Below are positions 42,186-53,044 of a DNA stretch of 64,000 nucleotides, one piece after another. Under the pieces are notes generated by a model. The model did no database searches, was not told the origin of the DNA, and worked only from the letters and a program-made list of their open reading frames with translations. The stretch comes from Lama guanicoe. Lineage: Eukaryota. The stretch spans positions 154,132-218,131 of the forward strand of contig MU053347.1 of assembly GCA_013239625.1 (NCBI GenBank), written 5' to 3'. How positions within the stretch are numbered: position 1 is the first letter of the stretch; each line of letters starts with the position of its first letter. Position numbers and translations under genes: made by a program.

Positions 42186-42724
42186 TTTTATCAAGTCCAA
42201 ATTCGTTCTGTTTGCTGCATGACAGGCCAATAAATTGGGAGATAAGGTGTTGGATCAAATAATAGTGACTTTATTTGAAAATCTGGCAGACCCAGAAGAT
42301 GGCAGAATGATATCATGGTGAACCCTCTTCCCCAAGTCAGAATTCAGTCTCCTTTTATACTAAAAAGGGGCAGGAATGTGGTTGGTTGTTGCAAACTTCT
42401 TGCTGTATGAATTGTTTGTCCTTGGAATCCGCTGTTCTTGCAGCTGTCCATGTGGGTCAAATCATGATGCCACTGTAAAACCTCCAAAAAAAACAAAGGT
42501 TATTCTCTATTTTGCAACTTTCCATCTCTACATAAGTGCAGAAGAGCTAACATCTTTAAAGATCAGAGCCCGGAGAATAGGCTCTCCTGGATATTTCAGG
42601 CAAAAGGCAACTTTGTTTTACAAAAGGTGCAGAGCAATCAAGTTTGAGCCTAGAAAACTGGGGACAGGTTTAAAGCCAAAGGAACACATCTAACATGGAG
42701 TCAAATTTGTTCTTTCCTATTACA
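42186..42724 (-). mobile_element. Older ERV1-type solo LTR (related to 5275-5660)
   Basis: tcaagtccaaattcgttctgtttgctgcatgacaggccaataaattgggagataaggtgttgg is the reverse complement of the 3' end of the 5275 element; ends ...cctattaca. Confidence 0.7.
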
Positions 42725-43882
42725 ATTTTTTTCCACCTCATAAATTGTTTTAGTAAGAAACATGAACAATTTTTTTTATTTTTGCTTCTTAGTAACGGAG
42801 AAATGAGCCAACTACAGTTTTGTGAGCAGGGATGCTGTGCGTGCCTTGGGGTCACAGCAAACTCTTGTTGGGGGTGGCCGACCCTGCAACATGTCTCATG
42901 CCCCGTGAGTGTTGGTGAGGGTCTCCCTAACCAGGGGCTCTCTTCAGGAACCACCATATCTTCATTGACCTCTGGAGACCTCTTTTTCAGCTACAGGAAA
43001 TTTTTTCAGATACTGTGATGGAAAAATCACTCCAGCTGGGGATAATTAGGGAATAAAGGAAGAGGAAAAGGGCTTGGAGTAGATTAGAAGAGAAGGACAG
43101 AAGATCAGGGAGCCTGGGGGCTTGGCAGCGGGGCCTCGGGAGAGAGAGGAGCAGAGGTGGGGAGGGGCCCGGCTCCGGAACCAGCTCCTGCACCTGTCCC
43201 CGCGCCCAAGCCACACAGCTTTTAATTTGCCCAGGACGCTTTCCTGTCTGGATGACACCCTGGGCAGGACCTTGAGAATCAAAGGTAAGGTTGGCAGCAT
43301 TTACCTAGGGGGTAAATGAGGACTTTGGTCAAGTCCACAGTGCCTTTTCTGGTCATGTGCCTTCACCTGTTCTTTATCTCAGGATCTGAGAAGCAGTAGC
43401 AAGGAACTCAGGGAGAGATCCAGGAAGACATCTGACTGTTAAGACATGACAGTCACAGCGACACGGGGAGCGAGTACACTCGCAGCAAAGTAAAATAAGT
43501 TCACAACTATTGCTTCAGAGCTGCAGGTTTGAGAGAGCCTAAGCCTGTCTCAGAGTGCAGGGGACAAGCGGAATGGAATGGTAAAATTAACACTGACAAT
43601 TGAAATTTTGTTAAATAGCCTGCTACTGTTAATTGTATCACTTGAATGTATGCAGGTGTATTTCTGTGGGCATTTATAGGTTCACGCAACCCCACCAGCC
43701 CCTCTTGTCCCCATCGGGGATGGGATTTCTCAAGCACAGGGCCCCTCCTGCTTGGGTGGGCCACGCTGCGGGTCCTCGCCTGGGGCCGGGTGCTGCAGGG
43801 CACTGAGTCCCTGAGGCACGGCCTGTGAGACACGACAGGAACATCTCTGCTCTTGACTGAGCTCGTCCTTTACCCCCTGCAG

Positions 43883-44006
43883 TGTTAGAATGCCGGTGAC
43901 TCAGTTAGAAGCATGCTTCGAAGCTGTCCAGGTACTTGCCATCCAGAAGCGGAGCCTGGAAGCTTCCGAATTTCTCCTGAATGCGGTTTACTTTCACCTT
44001 CGACAG
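43883..44006 (+). pseudogene. TRAPPC9: TRAPPC9-like pseudogene exon 7 equivalent (last one seen)
   Basis: ctgcag|TGT TAG AAT GCC..; [35 protein letters not shown] versus [35 protein letters not shown]; donor CAG|GTGAGT; stop in codon 2 plus a small deletion. Confidence 0.93.
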
Positions 44007-47000
44007 GTGAGTGTGTGTTCTTTTACAAGTAGAGGAATTACTGCCGTTTTCCTGGAACTTACTCACCACTAGTACATCTGATTTTTCTGTGCTAGGATTC
44101 AGTATGGCCTGCTAAAAATTCTGCAGTCAGATCTTGAAACCCTGATGAAGAGGATTATTTATTTCATTTCTTTATATGATAGTATTTTACTTTCAAAATT
44201 CAGAGTTCTCGGTTCTTTGAGGAATTTTTTCGGAGGTTGGAGAAACAAATTTGCTCTTACCATCTTTGCGACCTGTTGCTATATGCCTCTCACCTGTCTT
44301 CTGTCACTTGTGAGGCGGTTCCATTTGTGACCCTGTACAGATTGTTCATGTTATAAAACATAAACTCTGTGAAAGTACAGTCCCGTTTACTCCGAAGACA
44401 TTCCACAAATACTCCTTAAATCTGGGTGTGGTTTTAAGAAGACAGAATCATTAGAACATGTGCTTGCAGGTTGCTAGTGCAAAATCCCCAAATCAATAGT
44501 CTAGCTCAACATCTAAAATCTTTCTAATCTACCTTGGATTTGTAGGGATATACCTTGGATGGGATAAGTGAAGCAGTTTGCAAAGAACCCAAGACCAGGT
44601 TTAGAATACAGGCTGGTGTAGCTCAGCAGGTCCTCCCAAGCTGATGCTCAGCAGTGTCCTGCCCTGCCTGAGCTGACAGTTTCATGGCAAAGACCTTCAC
44701 CAGGTGAAGAACTTGGAGTTTCTTCTAAGAACAGTGGGTTTGAAAATAGTCCTAAAAGCGCGGAAGTGACACAATCCCATTTGTCTCAAGTAGGGGAGAG
44801 CGGCTGTGGGGCCACTTGGGAGACTCGTGAGTCCAGGTGGGCAGTGTTGGTGGCTTCCACTTGAGTGGTGAGACGGTCAGTGGGTAAAAGCGGACAGACT
44901 GAAGGCATGTTTAGATGGTAAAAAGGAAAGAATGAATGCTGTCTGTGAAAGTAGGGTGGAGTACGGCCCAGGTTTCTGGGTGGATTAATGAGGAAAATGA
45001 TGGCCCTGTCTGTGCTCTGAGGAGGGAAAGCTGCAGAGGGAGTTCTGGGGGAAGACTGATGAGTTCAGCTGTGGGTAAAGTGAAAGGCTGTTCGATTTGT
45101 GGTCTGGGAGCTCTGGTGGGAGCCAGTAGTGAGTAGGGGGAGGGGAGAGAGACCTTCAAATCATTTTGCCTTGTGAACATACAAATAAGTATGAGTAATG
45201 ACACAGTTAACACCTCTATATTCTGGATTTAAAACCCAGTAACATTTTGCTATATTGACTGCTCGGGTTCTTAATTTTTTTTAATAGAAATAAAATAAAT
45301 AGAAACAAAATAGTGGAGTTAATGAACATCTTAGAGTTGACGTGTGTCCTTGTATGTATTTTGATACTTCATCTGTTTATAACCATAATCTACAAAAAGT
45401 TAGCTTGCTTAGCATAAGAGTTAAACAGAGGGAAGTGACACACACTGTTGGGGGTTGAAGCTGATCTTCTCTGGCAAATTATGTTGCCTCTCTGTGACTT
45501 AGCTGCATCTTCTGTGACTGCCCCCCCCCCGCCCCTCATGACAGCTGATTTCCTAGAGTAGATGTTGGGAGGGAGGCTGCTGAAGGGAGTAAGAAGTGGC
45601 AACTGCAGAAGTGGCAAAGGGATACTGAAGAGAGAGACAAAAACAGATTAAAGCCGATAAACTGAGTACAAATACCCTCAAAACAGAAAGAATCCCGCAG
45701 TATTTTGAGCCACTTAGCGTAAGGGAAACAAAATCACCTGGACCCAAACTCTTGAGCATGTGAGTATTGTGGGTGGGAGGGTGTCATTAGAAAAGGGTTG
45801 AGAAAAGGCCTTTTGGTTTCCCTTGACATTTCCAGTAAGGATGGGGAGCAGAAGCGAAAACCCTCCGCTTCAGTGGAAGCTGCTGTTTTGTGTGAAACTG
45901 ACCAAAAGTTGGAAACCAGCAATCAGCGGTGCTGGCAAATGAACAGATTTCTGGATTGGGTGAGGCACTTGCTGTGACTTCCAGGTGACCTGCTGGCTGG
46001 GGGCTCTGTGGCGGGCAGTAGTTTTGCAGGGTGACCTGGGCATAATCCCTGGCTCTGTGGCTGCTGGTCTGACTAACAGACCTGGGCACCCGCAGTCCTA
46101 ATGGGGCAGCTCGAGATGTGGCCTGGGACACCTGCTGTGCTGAGGGCGAGAAGAGGGCTCCCCTGAGGGGGTGTCCCTGCGGAGACTGGAAACATCCTCC
46201 TGCAGGGGAGGAAGAGCCTCTGAGCAGGGGGCCGAATGCACAGGCAAGACCAGCCTGAGCACTGTGTTTTCCGGGAGCCGGAACTCATACAGTGGCCCAA
46301 ACCGCTTTGTTCCTGAGAGACTGGAGGGAAAAGATGCTGAAAAGGTAGGCTAGTGTCACACCCTGTGGTGGGTCATGAGTGACAGTCAGGGACTGGTCAG
46401 GTAGGCACGAGAGAACCCTGTGGGAGTCCCAGCTGGGGCGTCACGCCGGAGGGAGGAGCAGAGTTGTAGACTTTGCCACTTATTTGCTTTGTGACTTTGA
46501 GCAGTATCACCCCACCTCTCTATATATATATCTTCATCTGTAAAGTGACACAGTGACAAATTCGTGTCATCAGAAGGCTTAGTTTAGCTCTAATCCTCTG
46601 TGTCCAGCCCTGTCAGTGCTTCCCTGCAAGGTTCTGCAGCGACTGCTCTTACCCTGAGATGGGAGGGCGTAGAGGGTCATTGTAGCGCCCGAGGGCAGGA
46701 AGGGGTTGCTTTAAAAGCAGACATGTAGACTCCTGCAGCTGCAGACCTGCAGACAGTTTGGTTGACGGTCCTGGAGAGGACTTTGGAGGCCTTAGCATCG
46801 TCTTAAGTCTTGTTTTCCCTCGGGGACCGGATTTGCCTTTGCGGATTGATGTTGAAGGTTTGGGCTTCTGGCAAAGCTGTTTTCAGAGATGGGTATATAC
46901 GTAAAATATCGTATAAAATAAAATGATTTATTTAACGTGTGCGACTTTGCAGCTGTTGGGAACAGCTCTGTTGGCCTGGTCTGCACGGAGGACACTAGGG

Positions 47001-47091
47001 GTCAGCAGAGCGTGCGGGAGGGCAGGCAGCCTGCAGTGCTGCTGCGGGAGGTTCTCCCCAGCAGGGCACTCTGCTGAGTTGACTCTTTGCT

Positions 47092-47555
47092 TGTGAAGGA
47101 AAAGCCGGGCTGTTCTAAAAAGATAACTCACAAGTCTAGGAATGTGAAGGAGAGGCTGGACTGCGCTAACAAGTAAACTCACAAACCTAAGTATTGGAAT
47201 ACTGATCTGACTTCGGTTAAACTAAGTTGTAAATCTAAGTTAATTAGTGTTGATTTGCTGTTCATGTGTTTTGCTAGCCAGCTGGGATTTCAAAGATACA
47301 TATCTGGCTTTGGGATATTAGTTTGCTGCCTCCCCACCTCCACCTTTGTGATGATAATGCTGCTAAAGCTGTTCCATGCCTATTGCCTGTATACCCCAAG
47401 CTTGTACTTTACCCTATAAAACCTCATGTGCACGTCTTGGAGGTGCTCAGAGCTTCGGAGCAGAAGCCCCTCTGAGCCCGCCGGCGTAATACATCTGAGT
47501 ACTCCAAACCTCCGAGTGGTGCTTGTTTCATGACTGGCCTATTGTTTCTGTAACA
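47092..47555 (+). repeat. 5' LTR
   Basis: TGTGAAGG...TGTAACA; TATAAAA 47415-47421; AATACA 47488-47493. Confidence 0.95.
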
Positions 47556-47559
47556 TTTC

Positions 47560-47577
47560 TGGAGGCCCCAGCGAGAT
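47560..47577 (+). promoter_or_regulatory. Primer binding site, tRNA-Thr
   Basis: TGGAGGCCCCAGCGAGAT, 4 nt after the LTR; complementary to the 3' 18 nt of mammalian tRNA-Thr(TGT) as recalled (ATCTCGCTGGGGCCTCCA). Confidence 0.85.
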
Positions 47578-48802
47578 ACAACCATGCCGGCCCCTTGAGC
47601 CACTCGACTGGTGGCTCCGGCCGACCGAGGGACGGGATTCCGGCAGCGAAAGAGGTGGAGCCGCCCGACGGTATTCTGGGTTCTCCTCCGTGACGGCACT
47701 CGACCCCCGGGTGGCTGGGCTACAACCAGAGCCAGACTCCGTGGAGGGATGGACAGACTCACCAGGTGCCCGTCCAGCAAGGTAGGAACCTCCGGGAGGA
47801 ATCAGGTCCTGTTCCACTGGACAGAAAAGGAGTCTGATCCCCTCCTACTGGCTCTCCGTCTGATGGTATTTCAGATGGGGAAATCAGGAATCAGGTCAGG
47901 AATCAGGTCCTGTCCCAGTGGACAGAAGAGGAGGCGGATCCCCTCCTACAGGAAACAGGATATTGGTATTGGTGGAGAGAATGTTGTTAACCTCTGTGTG
48001 TGTGTGTGTGTGTGAGTGAATGAGCGGCCTGTGAAGCATGTGATCAGGCTCGAGTTTGTAGCTCCACGGCATTCTGCTTCAAAGTTCAAGAGAGTCCCAA
48101 CCTACCGTTCCGCGGTGACCTCATACGGCTCAGGGCAGTATCGATCCCTCAGGGTCCCAATCGGAGTCAGCGGCTTATACTGACCCGCCAAAGCTAAGAG
48201 GCACCTTCTTCCCTGCGAGGGGAGCGGCCAGGAGGACGCAACGAAAATCCTCCCTTGTCTTGTCTGCGACACCAGCACAGGGTGGCTACACTGGGAGGGA
48301 AAAGGACATAGCCAATGAGTCAACGCCCCCGTGCCCTCGGAGGCAAGGATGCTATTTCTTTGAGAAAGTCTCCCACCTGATTCTGTCACAGAACACCTGA
48401 GACTTAGTGTTCCCCTACAGAACAGACCCAAGTAGTGCCCATTTTGCCTAGCCTCAGACCCCCAGGACTCAAGTTTAGAAGACGAATTCCTTCAGGACCG
48501 GGCTCACCCAGCCTCGGAGGTCCCTTTTCTAGTCCATTTGTTTTACCATCTGCCGTCAGTCCCACACCCCTGCTACGTTAGTTCAGGATATAGAGAGGAT
48601 TTAATGAAAAAAGTCCCTGGAACTGCTTGAGGCCTTGAGCTCCAGAGACATCAGCTGTGACTGGAACCCAGAGTCTCTGACCAAATTAGCCTTCAGACAA
48701 CTCATAGACCCAGCAAGAGAGCAGTCTCTCTGGGAACTCCGGTGTTTTGAGGAGTGAAGAAAGAAAAGATATAAAGGCTACCTTCACATACATCTAAAAA
48801 GA

Positions 48803-50335
48803 ATGGGAGGCTCTAAGTCAAAACCCACCACTCTAGACTGCATGATTAAGAATTTCAAAAAGGGGTTCCCAGGAGACTATGGAATTCGAATGACCCCTGG
48901 CAGGCTCCGCACTTTGTGTGAGCTTGAATGGCCGGCCTTTGGAGTTGGGTGGCCCTCAGGAGGAACTCTGGACCTAGCAACAGTGCAAACAGTCTATCAA
49001 ATAATCATTGGAACCCCAGGCCACCCAGATCAATTCCCTTACATTGACTCCTGGCTGAATATCGCCCAGACTCTAACCCCATGGTTTCGGTTCTGCTCAA
49101 ATGGACCTGGACAATGCAAGATATTAGCAGCCCAGCCGGTCCAGGCCAAAAAGACAGACAGAAAAAAGCCTATTTTCCAGGGAGATGCAGAAGACAGATA
49201 TGCCTACCCCTCCGTATGCCCCCGGGGCATCAACACCTCCCCAACCTGAGGACCCAGAGGCAGAGCCCAGCCCCCAGCCTGAGCCGGTAGGGAGGAGACT
49301 CCGCTCAGCACAAGCCATGAAGCCAGCACCACCGGCACTCCAAATGCCGCTGCAGGAGAAACAAGTTCCGCAGCAATTTGGGGAAGACGGGACTGTTCAG
49401 CCTGGGCACCCCGTACTCTACTACAAACCCTTTAGCACCACAGACCTCAATTGGCGCCATCGTACTCCTTCCTACTCCGAAAAGCCGCAGGCTATGATTG
49501 GCCTCATATAGTCTATCTTCCATTCTCACCGGCCCACCTGGGAAGATGTCGCCAGCTGCTTCTGACTCTTTTCAATACAGAGGAGAGGAGATGCATTCTC
49601 ACTGAAGCACAAAAATGGCTGCAGGGCCAAGCCCCTGGGGACACAATGGATGTTGAGGGATGGATCATGACACATGCCCCTGACACCAGACCAGATTGGG
49701 ACTTTAACACCCAAGAAGGAAGAGAAGCGCTGCGTAAGTCCCAGGAGGCCATCCTACAAGGGCTAAGAGCAGGAGCCAAGAAGCCAACTAACATGACTAA
49801 AACGACCACAGTGACCCAGAGGCCAGACGGAACCCCCATTGACTTCTATGAGAGACTATGTGAAGCATTCTGAGTCTACACTCCTTTTGATCCTGAGGAC
49901 CAAGAAAACCAGCGGATGGTCAACGCTGCCTTTGTAGCCCAATCATAAACAGATATATGCCGGAAACTCCAAAAACTGGATGGATTTGCAGGAATAATTG
50001 CTACACAGCTGCTGGAAGTAGCAAAGTTTTTGTAAACTGAAAATGGGAAGCCCAGTGAGAAGCAGACCAGCGAATGAAGCAGAAAGCCACACTCCTTGCA
50101 GCAGCCCCGAGGAAAACAAGCTTCAGCCAGAATCCTGCACCTCCCAGAAGAGGGGACCCCAACCATGGGTGCCCCTGGGCCGAGACCAGTGCGCATACTG
50201 CCGGGAGACAGGACACTGGAAGAACGAGTGCCCAAACAGAAAGGATGGAAAGAGAGCACCCTCAAAAGGCCTACTTATCAGCTGGGGCCACCAGCCAGTA
50301 ATCACATCGGACCGGCTGGGGTCGACTCAGAATAG
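48803..50335 (+). pseudogene. gag: ERV gag (MA-CA-NC), disrupted
   Basis: MGGSKSKPTTLDCMIKNF..LRTLCELEWPAFGVGWPSGGTLD..GHPDQFPYIDSW (myristoylated MA); PPPY-like PTPPY; CA with QRPDGTPIDFYERLCEAF (MHR); zinc knuckle DQCAYCRETGHWKNECP; several frameshifts and stops; terminal TAG 50333-50335. Confidence 0.95.
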
Positions 50336-50575
50336 GAGAGACCAGGCTCCCTGCCCCTGGGCCCCTGGGAGCCCAAGGTCAAGATGTTTATAGGGGGCCA
50401 ACCAATGACTTTTATGGTAGACACAGGAGCAGAGTATTCTGTGGTGACCCAATCTGTAGCCCCCATGACCAAGAAAAAGGCGACTATTATAGGGGCTACT
50501 GGGGACTCAACTGCCCACCATTTCTGCCAACCACAATCCTGTCAAGAGTAGGGGGCCTCTAGTGACACATGCCAT
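50336..50575 (+). pseudogene. pro: ERV protease (N-terminal part), in frame after the gag amber stop
   Basis: ERPGSLPLGPWEPKVKMFIGGQPMTFMVDTGAEYSVVTQ; active-site DTGA at 50420-50431. Confidence 0.92.
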
Positions 50576-50582
50576 TATTCAC

Positions 50583-50700
50583 TGTAAGGGACCATATTTA
50601 GTGGTATTAACTACCCCTACAGCTGTTAAAGTTGCAGGAATCACCCCTTGGATCCACCACTCCAGGGTTAAGAAAGCGACTTCACCTCAGACAGAGGGTC
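50583..50700 (+). pseudogene. pol: ERV integrase C-terminal remnant (GPY/F region)
   Basis: [31 protein letters not shown]. Confidence 0.9.
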
Positions 50701-51119
50701 CCTGAAAAATTAAGTGTCCCGGGAGACCCGCTCAAGATCAAGATCAAGAGAGACCAAAAAAGGATCGACGAGCCCTGCTCTAGCCACACCCAGAAGCTGG
50801 CTAGTCAACGCTCGGCTGAAGCTTGAGGAAAGGTCAACGCAGCTGTTAAAAGTATTTCTTTTGTGCTCCCTTGCCTCTTTCCTTGTTTGCTATACTAGTC
50901 TGCGTACTAGCAGTGGGGCTAGCTAGCGCCGGCCCACCTGACTGGAACATAGGCCATAGAGTCCTGATAGCTATTTTATATCTTGGTATAATTAGTGCCA
51001 TCACTGCAGCATCATGTCTAAGATAATCGTAAGGCTGATGTTACTGACGCTAATGCCCTCACTCTCCTTGGCTGTACAATGCACCTGCATGGAATCGGGT
51101 GACAAATGGTCCATGTACC

Positions 51120-51600
51120 AACCTGTATTTTCAGCTTACAGGTGAATTCAGCCACGATCTCCAACAAATAGCAGAAACCCTGGGAACTCTGCAAAATCAG
51201 ATTGACTCTCTGGTCGAGGTGGTCTTACAAAACAGGAGGGATCTGGACATACTCACGGCCAGAGGGGGCGCTATGCCTCTTCCTAAATGAAGAGTGCTGT
51301 TTCTGTGCCAATCAATCAGGAATTGTCAGAGGGATGGTTCAAGAGTTACAAGACTGAGTGGAAAAGAGAAAACATATTTTAGATAAGAGCCCATGGACAG
51401 GCCCCTGGGTCTGGACCTCCTGGCTATCACCATTCATAGGTCTCTTACTCCTGATTTTTGCAGTTCTGCTGTTTGGGCCCTGTGTCCTAAACTTCCTGAC
51501 CCACTTTGTCTGTGAGTGGATAAAGGCTATAAAACTTCAGATGTTAGCCTCTAATTATGAGCCCCTGCAACAGATAAGTGATGATGCTTACTCCAACTAG
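51120..51600 (+). pseudogene. env: ERV env transmembrane subunit remnant
   Basis: LQNQIDSLVEVVLQNRRDLDILTA (immunosuppressive domain), frameshift, LCLFLNEECCF (CX6CC), TM helix WLSPFIGLLLLIFAVLLFGPCVLNFL, IKAIKLQML. Confidence 0.93.
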
Positions 51601-51615
51601 AGTGGTGAAAGCATC

Positions 51616-51627
51616 AAGAGGGGGGAA
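51616..51627 (+). promoter_or_regulatory. Polypurine tract
   Basis: AAGAGGGGGGAA immediately before the 3' LTR TG. Confidence 0.9.
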
Positions 51628-52092
51628 TGTGAAGGAAAAACCGGGCTGGTCTGACAAGATAACTCATAAGTCTAGGAATGTGAAGGAGAGGCTGGGCTGG
51701 TCTAACAAGATAACTCACAAATCTAAGTATTGGAATACTGATCTGAGTTCTGCTAGGCTAACTAGTAAATCTAAGTTAATTAGTGTTGGTTTTCTGTTTA
51801 TGTTTTTTCACTAGCCAGTTGGGTTTTCAAAGATACATATCTGGCTTTGGAATGTTGGTTTGCTGCCTCCCCGCCTCTACTTTTGTGATAATAATGCTGC
51901 TAAAGCTGTTCCATGCCTATTGGCCGAATACCCCAAGCTTGTACTTTACCCTATAAAACCTCATGTGCACGTCTTGGAGGTGCTCAGAGCTTCGGAGCAG
52001 AAGCCCTTCTGAGCCCACCGGCGTAATACATCTGAGTACTCCAACCCTTCGAGTGGTGCTTGTTTCTTGACTGGCCTGTCGTTTCCATAACA
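51628..52092 (+). repeat. 3' LTR
   Basis: TGTGAAGG...CATAACA; collinear with the 5' LTR; TATAAAA 51952-51958; AATACA 52025-52030. Confidence 0.95.
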
Positions 52093-52603
52093 TAAGCATT
52101 AAACCAGAATGCAGTGAGCATCTCAGGCAGTCAGCTAAGAGATTGCAAAGGCAAAAAGAAATGTCACTGTTCTATATAGCCAAGCAGATACAACCCATTA
52201 TATCAAAAAATTTAAAGTAAACAATAACTAGTTTTCAAGTCAGAGAAATTGGCAACACCATTTGTCACACATTATTCATACTAATTTTACCTGGTAACTG
52301 TACTAACCATCTGTGTTAGCTAATTAGTTTTATCTAAAAGAATAACAAACTTTTCATTATTACAACAAGAGATAGTTTTGCATCTTGGAGCAAGAAGGCC
52401 ACCAAGAAATTAGACTCCTACTCTCCCACAAAAACTGAGAGATCAGGAGTCCTATCTCCCTTGATGCTAGCATTTCCAGGAGATGGCACACAGGTTCTTG
52501 AGAAAAACTATCCTGGGGCATAAAGCTGACAAAAGGCCAACTAACAAAAGGCATATTTAACCTTCAAAAGGATGATAAGAAACTGCTACAATTACAAGCT
52601 TCC

Positions 52604-53044
52604 TGTGAATGAAAATACTGCAACCACATCAGTAAAAAATGCTGAAATCAGGTCATCAGCAGCTGCTGCCACCCCCCATCGAGGACAGGCCTGCAGCCCA
52701 GCCTCTGCAGCCACTCACAATGGTGCCCTCTGAGTGGACTCAGAATAAGAAAGAACAAAATAAAACACCCTAGATAGCTAGAGGCTTGTCAGAGGAATGA
52801 ATGCAGTGATCCCAAATGTTTGCTTCCTCCCATACATAGAAAAGCACTCCATTCTTGAAATTGAGATGCCTGGCTTTCTTTAGATAACAAGCAATCTTTT
52901 ATCATTCCCAATACCTGGCCTTTGTTGTAAAGCACCTGTATATCCTAGCTTCTCCCCTACCTCTTCGGAGCAGCCCCTCAGAGTTCTTCTGCCAGATGAA
53001 ACAGAACTCTCAACTTTTAGGCTGTGCATTTATTTCAGTCAACA
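52604..53044 (+). mobile_element. Probable older solo LTR (different family)
   Basis: Starts TGTGAATG, ends TTTCAGTCAACA; LTR-like text cctacctcttcggagcagcccctcagag...aactctcaacttttaggctgtgcattt. Confidence 0.6.

Larger units (their letters stand above)
47092..52092 (+). mobile_element. Class I (gammaretrovirus-like) endogenous provirus, internally deleted, non-autonomous
   Basis: Two LTRs, PBS, gag, protease, integrase tail, env TM and PPT in the correct order. Confidence 0.97.

Noticed and set aside
51099..51600. Env as a domesticated syncytin-like gene
   Set aside because: No SU, furin site or fusion peptide seen; frameshift after the ISD and an in-frame stop
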